From positions 1 to 40,547 of IMG/VR virus record IMGVR_UViG_3300021083_000286: a stretch of DNA of 40,547 bases; one strand, written 5' to 3'. The notes beneath the pieces are model-generated. The model worked only from the letters and a program-made list of their open reading frames with translations. It was not told the DNA's origin and did not search any database. Position 1 is the first letter of the stretch; every line of letters starts with the position of its first letter. This document shows positions 13,320 through 21,910 of the stretch, in pieces. Source of the DNA: a virus. Made by a program: the position numbers and the translations under genes.

Positions 13320-15548
13320 TTAAGCGACTGTTAAGCCTGTTGAGTACACGAAATTAACTTGCCATAAAGTATTAGCAACTAAACATGTCACTTCTACCAA
13401 ATCGGTATTAGCAGCAGAAGTGAGTGTTCCGCCAGTAGATGTGCTTGCAGTACCCAGGTTGATCGTTTGACCGCCTGCCGCCTGCAATATCCAACCAGCA
13501 GCACCTTGTCCATAAACTCTTACAGTGTCACCTACCGCAGACACAGCGGGTAATGTCACAGTTGTTTGAGCAGCATTTGCACAAATATATGCATTGGCTG
13601 CAACAGCAAGCTGTGAAGTTCCGGCAATTGTATTGAATGATAATCCACCACCACCTCCAACTGTCGCGAAACTCAATAGACCGGAACCATTAGTGACCAT
13701 TGCTTGTCCGTTTGTGCCATCAGCTGTTGGATAAGTTAATCCATCAGCAATTAAAGCATTGACGGTGAATGTAGGAGTAGTTGAACCTTCAGGAGTCAGT
13801 CCATTTATATTGCCTGTATTAGTACCACTTCTATTTTGTGCGAAGTAGTTAATAGTTCCAGATCCAGTGGTCAAATTACCCATCAATGCATCAGTAGTAA
13901 TGTTGATGTTGCCAGTGTTTGTAACGATGGGACCAATGATTGCGTTGATATTTAGAATCATCCCTGAAGTGCCAGTACAATGAACGGAATTGAATGTAGA
14001 TGTTCTTACAATTTCACCAACATTTACAAGATTTCCCAATCCAGAAGATGTCGTGCAAGTGATAACATCTCCAGTGGTGCTTGTTAGGACTGCCTGCGGT
14101 GCAACGATACTCACGCCTGTGCTGGCCAATGTGATCGATTCGTTATAGGTTTCTCCATCCAAACCAATAATAACTGTTGGATTTACAGGAGTACCCACTT
14201 GAGAAATTGCGAAGCCGAATGTCGCCCAAGGAGCTTCCAATGTTCCATTTCCTGCAGTATCGTCCCCGGAAATCTGAGACACATATACTGCAAAAGATGA
14301 ACCCGCGAATGCTACATCCCCAGTGATTGTCCATGTATTAACAAATCCATTTCCTGCATCACCTTTTATTGCTAATACAAGCTCACAAATACCAGGAAGA
14401 GTTGCTACTGCATTATTACTGATTACGTCTCCTGCAGCTTGTAAAAAGAATCTTCCGACCTGCCCATCTGATGGTTTGTTAAGCTGATTAAAATACATTC
14501 TGAATCCTTCCTCAATTTGAGGAAAGCTTACAACACTAGGAAGATGTATAGTTCCACCATTGAAACTCATCAGAAGCATTTTGTTTCCCGTGGTTGGGTT
14601 AACAAAATAATCCCCAGCGCTATCAGGAAGCAATTCGTATGATTGTCCGCTGACGGGTCCTGTCAGTAACAATATCCCACCGGAATTGAAGTCTAATCCA
14701 TTTTGTCCAACATATCCTCGTGTTCCGTTATATTCACCAGTATTCAATGTGCTTGCATTTATTACAGATTGTATATAAACATTTGCAATTGCATCTTGCG
14801 TGCCTGCGGATATTGCAGCAGGTCCAGCAGCATTGAGCAAATATAAATCTAGATTTAGAACAGAGTTTGCGCCAAGAGTGAAAGGAATGTTTGCTCCATC
14901 GCCCACTATTGATGCTGCAGGAGCATTGATAGTTACAATAGTATTTGCAGCTACATGGAAAGATCCACTAAGGTTATATACCCCTTCGTCAGGAATATTG
15001 ATAACATTTCTATTTCCAGTAAAAGAAGCAATTGCCTGACCAATAGTCAAAAATGGAGTATCAATTGAATTTCCGGCATTGGAATCATTTCCATTTTGGG
15101 CTACCCACCATGTTTGCTGATATTGAAATCCACCACCGCCCCCGCCATTGGCATTGATAGTTACCGTAGTTCCTGTGCTCGATAAAGTTACGTTAGTACC
15201 CGCTAGTAAAGTTTTTAATTGATACGTAGTTCCTACCAAACCCGCGCCAATTCCTGTTCCACTGCCTACGTTTATGATATTTTCAATAGTGCCGCCTCCG
15301 CTGCCACCTGCAGGGACCAAAGTTAATGTATTGATTCCAGTAACTTGAAGTGTGTAATATTCACTGCCGTCAGATGCATTTGCAAATACGAAATCAGTTG
15401 GCTGTACCTGAACATCTGTCATAGTTTCTAGTTGATTCAAGAAACCTGGGTTTTGAATATCAGAATTGGTTAGGTTTGTTTGAAGCAAAACCATACCAGG
15501 TGATACGCCAACAATACCTGAAAGAACTCGAGTTAAAGTGCTAGACAT
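13320..15548 (-). CDS. large tailspike/tail fibre (742 aa) with two beta-helix cap motifs and a C-terminal tip domain
   Basis: Cap motifs WWVAQNGNDSNAGNSIDTPFLTIGQAIASF and VYVSQISGDDTAGNGTLEAPWATFGFAISQV; poly-Gly hinges; the N-terminal domain (PG..L...PGFLN) is shared with 15573..16757. Confidence 0.65.
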   Translation of the reverse strand: MSSTLTRVLSGIVGVSPGMVLLQTNLTNSDIQNPGFLNQLETMTDVQVQPTDFVFANASDGSEYYTLQVTGINTLTLVPAGGSGGGTIENIINVGSGTGIGAGLVGTTYQLKTLLAGTNVTLSSTGTTVTINANGGGGGGFQYQQTWWVAQNGNDSNAGNSIDTPFLTIGQAIASFTGNRNVINIPDEGVYNLSGSFHVAANTIVTINAPAASIVGDGANIPFTLGANSVLNLDLYLLNAAGPAAISAGTQDAIANVYIQSVINASTLNTGEYNGTRGYVGQNGLDFNSGGILLLTGPVSGQSYELLPDSAGDYFVNPTTGNKMLLMSFNGGTIHLPSVVSFPQIEEGFRMYFNQLNKPSDGQVGRFFLQAAGDVISNNAVATLPGICELVLAIKGDAGNGFVNTWTITGDVAFAGSSFAVYVSQISGDDTAGNGTLEAPWATFGFAISQVGTPVNPTVIIGLDGETYNESITLASTGVSIVAPQAVLTSTTGDVITCTTSSGLGNLVNVGEIVRTSTFNSVHCTGTSGMILNINAIIGPIVTNTGNINITTDALMGNLTTGSGTINYFAQNRSGTNTGNINGLTPEGSTTPTFTVNALIADGLTYPTADGTNGQAMVTNGSGLLSFATVGGGGGLSFNTIAGTSQLAVAANAYICANAAQTTVTLPAVSAVGDTVRVYGQGAAGWILQAAGGQTINLGTASTSTGGTLTSAANTDLVEVTCLVANTLWQVNFVYSTGLTVA

Positions 15549-15572
15549 GATAATTTCTCCTAATAAATTAAA

Positions 15573-16757
15573 TTACGGGCTAACAGTAGCCATATCGCCT
15601 GATACAATCCAAATATTATCTGTATATTTCCACGCATAAATCACAGCGCCCGCGCCTGCAGTTCCTACCGGAAGAGTTTGGTTCGCTATGATTGTAACGC
15701 CTGCGCCTGCTACCAAGCTTACAGCCCCAATACCTAACTGAACAAATGTGATCTGAGTTCCAATAGGAATAGCAACGGATGAAGTCTGAGGCAATGTATA
15801 ATCACCTATGACCGCTGCGTTATAAACGACTCGTGTATTACTATCGACAATGGCTAAAGTACGACCCACTGTTTCAGTGCTTGGAGGCGTTTGATACATC
15901 AAATGATTCAAATATGTAGTATCACCATATACTTGATTCAATGGAGTTCCATTTAATGTCTGAATGCTACCCATGATCGTAGAACCAGTGTCAAATGTGA
16001 AAGTACAATCTATAGCATTCACAATAGTCGGGGAAAATTGACCCGTTGCAGTTATATGTATGTTAGAGGTGATCTGAGCAACTTCACGAAGCACCAATCC
16101 ACCTTCATCATAAATATCTCCCTGAATAACCCCTGCGCTAAGGAACATATTTGAAAGTGCTCCTGAAATGCTCACTGATTTTCCAGATCCATAATTAAAC
16201 AAAGCAGCCACATTAATGACGGCCAAAGTATCGTCACCACTATCATTTATAGTGAGCAAATCACCGGAATTACAATTGATAGAGGCATTAGGCCCCCATA
16301 TTTGTAAGCTATAGGGTAATACCACATTTTCATAGTAGGACCCATCATCAAGAATAATGACGACCCCTTGTTGGGAAGGACTCAACATCAACGCAGAAAT
16401 AGCAGATCCAATTTTTAACTTAGGAAGCCCAATACTTGTTCCTGGATTCAAATCTGAACCGCCTTTAGCAACAAATTGAGTTTGTGTGAATATGAAACTA
16501 TTGCTATTCGGAGAATAAACATTAAGTGAATATACGCCATCAGTAATAGAGACCACAAGCATCGCAAATTCTGTGTTTGCATTAAAAATTGTAAATATCA
16601 CATCATTATCTTGTAAGTCATAACCTGCAAGCGCAACTGTGTTCAAAAATCCTGGAGTAGTGATGGTAGAATAACTTTCATCACTATTCAAAAACCAAAG
16701 GCCCGGACGAACACCAGTTTCTGAAAATGGTAACGGGGTTAGTATATTTGTTGACAT
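15573..16757 (-). CDS. tailspike-like protein with beta-helix cap motif (394 aa)
   Basis: FVAKGGSDLNPGTSIGLPKLKIGSAISAL...DGSYYEN; N-terminal domain paralogous to 13320..15548. Confidence 0.6.
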   Translation of the reverse strand: MSTNILTPLPFSETGVRPGLWFLNSDESYSTITTPGFLNTVALAGYDLQDNDVIFTIFNANTEFAMLVVSITDGVYSLNVYSPNSNSFIFTQTQFVAKGGSDLNPGTSIGLPKLKIGSAISALMLSPSQQGVVIILDDGSYYENVVLPYSLQIWGPNASINCNSGDLLTINDSGDDTLAVINVAALFNYGSGKSVSISGALSNMFLSAGVIQGDIYDEGGLVLREVAQITSNIHITATGQFSPTIVNAIDCTFTFDTGSTIMGSIQTLNGTPLNQVYGDTTYLNHLMYQTPPSTETVGRTLAIVDSNTRVVYNAAVIGDYTLPQTSSVAIPIGTQITFVQLGIGAVSLVAGAGVTIIANQTLPVGTAGAGAVIYAWKYTDNIWIVSGDMATVSP

Positions 16758-16766
16758 CTCAATCTC

Positions 16767-18110
16767 CTAATTGGTTACTCTTTCGTAAACTAGCGTTATT
16801 GCTACCGATCCAGCCGTATAATCTATTGTTCCACCACTATATGTTCCATATATATTTGTGCCTGGAACAGATGCTTGATTTAATGGAATCGAAATAGGAT
16901 ACGGCACAGCCCCACTTCCCCATCTGGCATTAGCTAAAGACTGCAATATAGCCGCAGGGATGGTCGTCCAAACAGAAGTTCCATCTGTTATATCTAAATT
17001 CCTATCACCGCCCCCGGAGAAGTTAGTTCCAAATCCATTTAATTGAATCTCATTAATTTGATAGGAAGCAGTTGTTGAACCGAATGTGACTAGATTAACC
17101 TGGCCAGCGCCCGTTAAGTCGGCCTGATCTACAGTTGTATTTTTGGATACCGTAATAAATCCACCAGAACTACTAATCAAATCATTAAAGGTTTGTCCGC
17201 CATAAACTGTATTGTTGGTATTTCCGGGACCGGTTACCACTTGGATATCTCCAACTATTGTAGAGCCCGGATCAAAAGTGAATGTGCATCCAAGAGCATT
17301 TATCGTTTCTATCGAAAATACTCCTGTTGAGAATATATGGATATTAGATGTAATCGTAGCTACATCATTAAAAAGCAAACTGCCATGGCAATCGATGTTT
17401 CCAAGAAAAATTGGAGAATCTAAGAATAATACTGTTCCTGGATCAGGAATATTTACTGCAAGACCTGGACCACCTTGATTGATATCTCCAATCATTAATC
17501 TAACAACTGTAGTTCCACCACCTGAAACGGTTATCAAATCACCTGACCCTGTGCCATCTAGCTCAGCAGTGGGCGCCCATATTTGCATGCCTTGGGTAAT
17601 TGTTAGATTTTCTGAATATTGGCCTGAATCAGTTACTATAACCAATCCACCTGTAGGAACAATATCGATAGCAGCCTGTATGGTAAGTTTTGGCAAAAGA
17701 AGGGATGTTCCAGAATTTAAATCATTTCCACTTTTAGATACGAATATTGTATTGGTAGAAACTGAATTAACCGGCGTCCATTCTCCATTGCTATATGTTT
17801 CAACAGTATTAGTATCTGAATTAGCTCGAATCATACCAAGAACCGGAGAAGGGTCTCTCTGTGATGTATTCCCAGTAGGAACCGTTATTTGTCCCACACC
17901 TGGAAAAATGACAGCATTGAATAACGAAATGACCGGATTTCCCAATATTCCAGAACCATTGGAAACTACTATCTGGTCAGTAGTTCCTAAAATAGTTCTT
18001 GAACCTAGTTCTATTCCAAGGTTAATAATAGCTTGAGCAGCAGTCATAGCACCCGTACCACCATTCGCTATATCTATCGGGTTCTCAAAGTCATTACTTC
18101 TGTTAGTCAT
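16767..18110 (-). CDS. tailspike-like protein with beta-helix cap motif (447 aa)
   Basis: N-terminal IANGGTGAMTAAQAIINLGI fibre motif; FVSKSGNDLNSGTSLLLPKLTIQAAIDIV...SGQYSEN; C-terminal GGDRNLDITDGT...YSGGTIDY module shared with 11328..12668. Confidence 0.65.
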   Translation of the reverse strand: MTNRSNDFENPIDIANGGTGAMTAAQAIINLGIELGSRTILGTTDQIVVSNGSGILGNPVISLFNAVIFPGVGQITVPTGNTSQRDPSPVLGMIRANSDTNTVETYSNGEWTPVNSVSTNTIFVSKSGNDLNSGTSLLLPKLTIQAAIDIVPTGGLVIVTDSGQYSENLTITQGMQIWAPTAELDGTGSGDLITVSGGGTTVVRLMIGDINQGGPGLAVNIPDPGTVLFLDSPIFLGNIDCHGSLLFNDVATITSNIHIFSTGVFSIETINALGCTFTFDPGSTIVGDIQVVTGPGNTNNTVYGGQTFNDLISSSGGFITVSKNTTVDQADLTGAGQVNLVTFGSTTASYQINEIQLNGFGTNFSGGGDRNLDITDGTSVWTTIPAAILQSLANARWGSGAVPYPISIPLNQASVPGTNIYGTYSGGTIDYTAGSVAITLVYERVTN

Positions 18111-18119
18111 TAATTATCC

Positions 18120-19046
18120 TTAAACTATAGTGAAGGTACCAACAAAGGAGGTTACTTCCCATTCAGTATTTGCTGTAATACAAGTTAATGTAATAGCATC
18201 ATGTGCATCTTGACTGGCTATTGAACCACCCACCCCAATAGTCGAAGTCGCCGTTCCGAAACGTATAACTTGTCCAGCTGCCTGCGCAATAGTATATAAA
18301 CCTGCATCTTTTCCTGTAATTTGTATATATGCTCCAACAGATGATGCTGCTGGTAATGTATAAATTATAGGTGTTGATCCTGCATTACTAGTATAGCCTG
18401 TGTTTACAGCCATAGTGACAGATGCAGTGGTCTGATTTACCCAGGCTGGACTGAAATTTGCAGATTGTTTCTGGAATACGATTGGATCTGTACCAACGAT
18501 AGAAACACTTGGCGAAGTCAGGAACCACCAGCTTAATGCATTTAAAGTCCCAAATAACACAGCTATAAAGTTACCTTGTTGGATTTCACCGTTAGTCGAA
18601 CCATCAAAATCCGGAACCCGTGTCATGACCCAATTGGATGCTAAACTTCCAGCGTTGGTTACCGAATAAACCCCATTTTGAGTTGGGTTAGATTGGAACG
18701 CAACCAGGACCCTTTGGCCAACAGCCAATGTTATTCCATCAATCACCAAGGCAGAAAATGCACCAGCATTAGTTAGAGTTGCTCCGATACCTGGAAATAC
18801 ACCATTTGGACCTGGCAGATAAGAGGCGTTTAGATTTCCAACAGTTCCTACATAGGCGGTTTTTACATCATCTCCAGTAAAGTTATTAACCAAGAAACTT
18901 TGTAGCTGTCCAATAGTATATTTCTTGGTGCTTCCTGATGGACTCTGAGTCAAATCTGTAACATCGACCGCTGCGTAAACATCTGTCACTAAGGTGCCAG
19001 CACCAGGAACAAGTTGCGTGATTGGAGTTGAGTTATATAAGCTCAT
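18120..19046 (-). CDS. tail fibre protein (308 aa)
   Basis: N-terminal PITQLVPGAG...TKKYTIGQLQSF pattern, common in fibre N-termini; C-terminal tip module related to 12679..12912. Confidence 0.6.
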   Translation of the reverse strand: MSLYNSTPITQLVPGAGTLVTDVYAAVDVTDLTQSPSGSTKKYTIGQLQSFLVNNFTGDDVKTAYVGTVGNLNASYLPGPNGVFPGIGATLTNAGAFSALVIDGITLAVGQRVLVAFQSNPTQNGVYSVTNAGSLASNWVMTRVPDFDGSTNGEIQQGNFIAVLFGTLNALSWWFLTSPSVSIVGTDPIVFQKQSANFSPAWVNQTTASVTMAVNTGYTSNAGSTPIIYTLPAASSVGAYIQITGKDAGLYTIAQAAGQVIRFGTATSTIGVGGSIASQDAHDAITLTCITANTEWEVTSFVGTFTIV

Positions 19047-19054
19047 TTTTCACC

Positions 19055-19438
19055 TTAAAATTGTGGTGGAATTCTGTAAGAAATACCGACACCAACGCCC
19101 GCTTGTGTCGTTATAAGCTGCAGCGTCTGTCCAGGTAGTACCAATCTTGCACTCGGATTCAATTCTGCAGTTGTTGCAGCCAACGTAGTAGTTGGGATCG
19201 TCAATGTCGGCGTGGCAGATGGTTGAATAAATACGCCCGGATTACCTGGTGCTGTAGATATGAAATATTTAAAATATGCCACTAATCGCGCATAGTTTCC
19301 TCTAGGAACAGTTACAACAAATGGCGTGTTTGGAGTCAAAAAGAAATATTGATTAGTATCAGTGAACGGGAAAGCTGTTTCAGAACCGGTTGTTGGATAT
19401 CCATTTATATCCCTTACAATTGTTAATGGTGAGGCCAT
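19055..19438 (-). CDS. hypothetical virion/tail-associated protein (127 aa)
   Basis: ORF track; position between fibre genes; no recognisable motif. Confidence 0.45.
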   Translation of the reverse strand: MASPLTIVRDINGYPTTGSETAFPFTDTNQYFFLTPNTPFVVTVPRGNYARLVAYFKYFISTAPGNPGVFIQPSATPTLTIPTTTLAATTAELNPSARLVLPGQTLQLITTQAGVGVGISYRIPPQF

Positions 19439-19447
19439 GGTTATCTC

Positions 19448-21910
19448 CTAGTATCTAATAAATGGGTAAATCGTTGCGTTAACAGGTCTAGTTTCAGTTC
19501 CGCCAGACGTGCCTGTATTCTGCGTTTGAAACAAATAGGGAGTTCCACCCTCCATCGCATTATTAGGCGCAATTTGTGCCAAACTTGTAAAAGTATGGTT
19601 ATGGGCCAAAAATTGTTGATATTCAAAAGTACCAGGCGCATTTCCAAAATTATTAGCAATGTAAGACCATCTATTGACGGCATCTAAATCCCATGTTGCA
19701 TTTGGATCTCCCGCTCTAAAGAACATTCCTCTGAAATCAGGAGCCGAAAATTGATAAGTATTAATAGCCAATTGTGTTTTATTTCTAATCTCTTGAGGAG
19801 TATCTGTAGATAAAATACTAACCCTTATTCCAGTCGTTATTCCCACAGGCATTGGATCTGCCCCAGGAACTGTCAGATCTGAAATATAATACCAAACATA
19901 GAAACTTCTCAATGATGCGGGATTTGAATAGAATGTAAAGTAACTCGAAACTCCTGCTGTAATAGGAGGTGTTCCAGTTATCGTTATATCACTAGCTGCA
20001 AATGTACTCAAAGCCTCTCTTACACAATCTGCAACATCAGCGGCTGAATACGTTGAACTGATATTAACTTGAAAATTTGGACCAACTGCCGGTAGCGTAT
20101 TAGCTCCATCCACATTGAACCACATATAATATTGTGTCGCATTGATACCGATGAAAAAATATCTTCCGCTACCCGCTTTAACTAAGGCTGCCCCAGTGAC
20201 TGTAGTTATAGTGAATGAATTGGTTTGAAATGCTCTCAATGCTGTGGCTGTATCATTTCTTACAATCGTGAAGCCCGTCGCGTTTACTCCAGCTCCATCC
20301 TGCAAAGTATTGGTAAGAGAATTTCCATTCAAACAGACACCTTCTAACGTAGACGTATTATTTATTATATTTGCCTGCAGACCTCTTGAGGCTGTTCCAG
20401 TAAAAACCCCTGTATATGCATATTTGGGAGCAAAAGTGAAACCTGTGGCGTTCGGAGCGAGACCATCAGCGGGCTGCGTAGAACCACCACCAGCAATGTT
20501 ATATACAATTCTCATTGTCGTATTAGTTGCACCCGATAAAGGATATAAACAGCTCACATAATTTGAACCCGTTCCATATAAAGGAAGATTATTAGCTAAT
20601 CCATCGTTCTGGAGATATGCTGCCAAACGCGAAAATGGAACACCATTTGAAGCATGTCCATTTGTGAGATAACTTGATCCATCGCAAGGCATCATGTTAT
20701 GTTGCGGAGCGGGCAACGAAGTAGGGCTAAGGATAGGCATTATTGACATGCCAACTGTCCCAACTTGCGAAGCATCCCAAGTCATTCCTGCTCTAGTCAA
20801 AATAGGAGGAAGGAATAAATCCATTCCATTCGGATCAACTGTTTCAGCCCATCCCATTACTCCACGAGTCATCATATCTTCGTTCGTCTGAACTGGGAAC
20901 GCAGTTACAGTTGTGATGCTTCCTTCTGGTTGAGCTACCAACAAGAAATCTGAAAAATCTATATCGTAAACCATGCTTGTTGGAAACGATATCTCTAATG
21001 CAACATAGTCATTATTATTGACAGTATCAACATTTAAACCATCATTATTTCCAAATGTTAAATTGATATTATATAAAGGAGCATCTACGTTATTCTCAAT
21101 TGTAATAGTCGATAATGCCAATGGCGGAACAACGCTACCATTAGTACCACAATATTTTATTAGATTTATAGTTACAGGAACGCTTCCTAGATTTGAAGTC
21201 GCATAGAAAGCAAATGTATATATACTATTTGGGGTAGAGAATTTATTAACATCAGCCCATTTTACTCTTAATGTTTTCTGTGTATCCAATCCATTTACAA
21301 CAGTGCATGCAACATTTAAAAGATATCTAGGACTCTGAGGAGCTTCTATATTATTATTTTGCACCAAAAATGTAGATGTATTTACTGAAGGAGTACCAGA
21401 GCCTGCAGGAGTGAATTCGAATGTGAATCCTCCCTGAGCCAGAACATTGCTACCAGCAACAATTGCATTGTTAGCCAGATTTGTATGCTCTAAAAGCTGG
21501 CCGTTAGGTATGAAATTATATGGCGAAAATGAACCACCGACTGAACCACCACTTCCATTAGGATTGGGCCATGCCGATCGGGTGAATTGTGGGACGCCCA
21601 ACGAATTCTGAACAACAATATAGTAAAGCTCTTCATTTCCACTAGCATCAAATGGAAAATAATAGATAATCACATCATTGCCATCATTATCTTGCACAGT
21701 GCCAACAGCACTAAGGATAATTGGATTTGGCAAAGGCACATATGTATAGTTCGCCCCATTTCCTTCAAGTTCATATACAGTCTTTGGAGTAGTCCTATTA
21801 ACGTCAGAATAGAAGAATATCTTTCCACCAGCCAAAGGAAGTCCTGAGTCTTTATCTACGAAATATTCCTGTAGATTAGGGGCTGTGACGTATTGTGGGT
21901 TTAGGGACAT
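19448..21910 (-). CDS. primary tail fibre (820 aa) with tail-collar-like C-terminal domain
   Basis: First fibre gene after the internal proteins. The C-terminus FRGMFFRAGD...HNHTF...GGTETRPVNATIYPFIRY resembles the phage tail-collar domain motif (GG-ETRP-N). Confidence 0.65.
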   Translation of the reverse strand: MSLNPQYVTAPNLQEYFVDKDSGLPLAGGKIFFYSDVNRTTPKTVYELEGNGANYTYVPLPNPIILSAVGTVQDNDGNDVIIYYFPFDASGNEELYYIVVQNSLGVPQFTRSAWPNPNGSGGSVGGSFSPYNFIPNGQLLEHTNLANNAIVAGSNVLAQGGFTFEFTPAGSGTPSVNTSTFLVQNNNIEAPQSPRYLLNVACTVVNGLDTQKTLRVKWADVNKFSTPNSIYTFAFYATSNLGSVPVTINLIKYCGTNGSVVPPLALSTITIENNVDAPLYNINLTFGNNDGLNVDTVNNNDYVALEISFPTSMVYDIDFSDFLLVAQPEGSITTVTAFPVQTNEDMMTRGVMGWAETVDPNGMDLFLPPILTRAGMTWDASQVGTVGMSIMPILSPTSLPAPQHNMMPCDGSSYLTNGHASNGVPFSRLAAYLQNDGLANNLPLYGTGSNYVSCLYPLSGATNTTMRIVYNIAGGGSTQPADGLAPNATGFTFAPKYAYTGVFTGTASRGLQANIINNTSTLEGVCLNGNSLTNTLQDGAGVNATGFTIVRNDTATALRAFQTNSFTITTVTGAALVKAGSGRYFFIGINATQYYMWFNVDGANTLPAVGPNFQVNISSTYSAADVADCVREALSTFAASDITITGTPPITAGVSSYFTFYSNPASLRSFYVWYYISDLTVPGADPMPVGITTGIRVSILSTDTPQEIRNKTQLAINTYQFSAPDFRGMFFRAGDPNATWDLDAVNRWSYIANNFGNAPGTFEYQQFLAHNHTFTSLAQIAPNNAMEGGTPYLFQTQNTGTSGGTETRPVNATIYPFIRY

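Noticed and set aside
17212-18036. Long plus-strand ORFs (88 and 185 aa) inside the minus-strand tailspike gene 16767..18110. Similar antisense or off-frame ORFs occur at 20244..20561, 23105..23452, 14800..15039, 7377..7670, 7864..8240, 28531..28830, 33710..34059 and 34566..34772.
   Set aside because: They lie wholly within longer ORFs that have recognisable protein motifs. They lack RBS-like sequences and have low-complexity, Pro/Ser/Cys-rich compositions typical of shadow frames.
8911-19046. A diversity-generating retroelement or phase-variable shufflon driving the variable fibre tips and paralog C-termini
   Set aside because: No reverse transcriptase, invertase or near-identical template/variable repeat pair is present. 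The repeated tip copies are about a quarter diverged at the DNA level, mostly synonymously.
19441-19683. 80-aa minus-strand ORF overlapping the 3-prime end of the 820-aa tail fibre gene in another frame
   Set aside because: It lies entirely within the conserved tail-collar-like C-terminal region of the larger gene, and it has no RBS and an Arg/Leu-rich shadow-frame composition.
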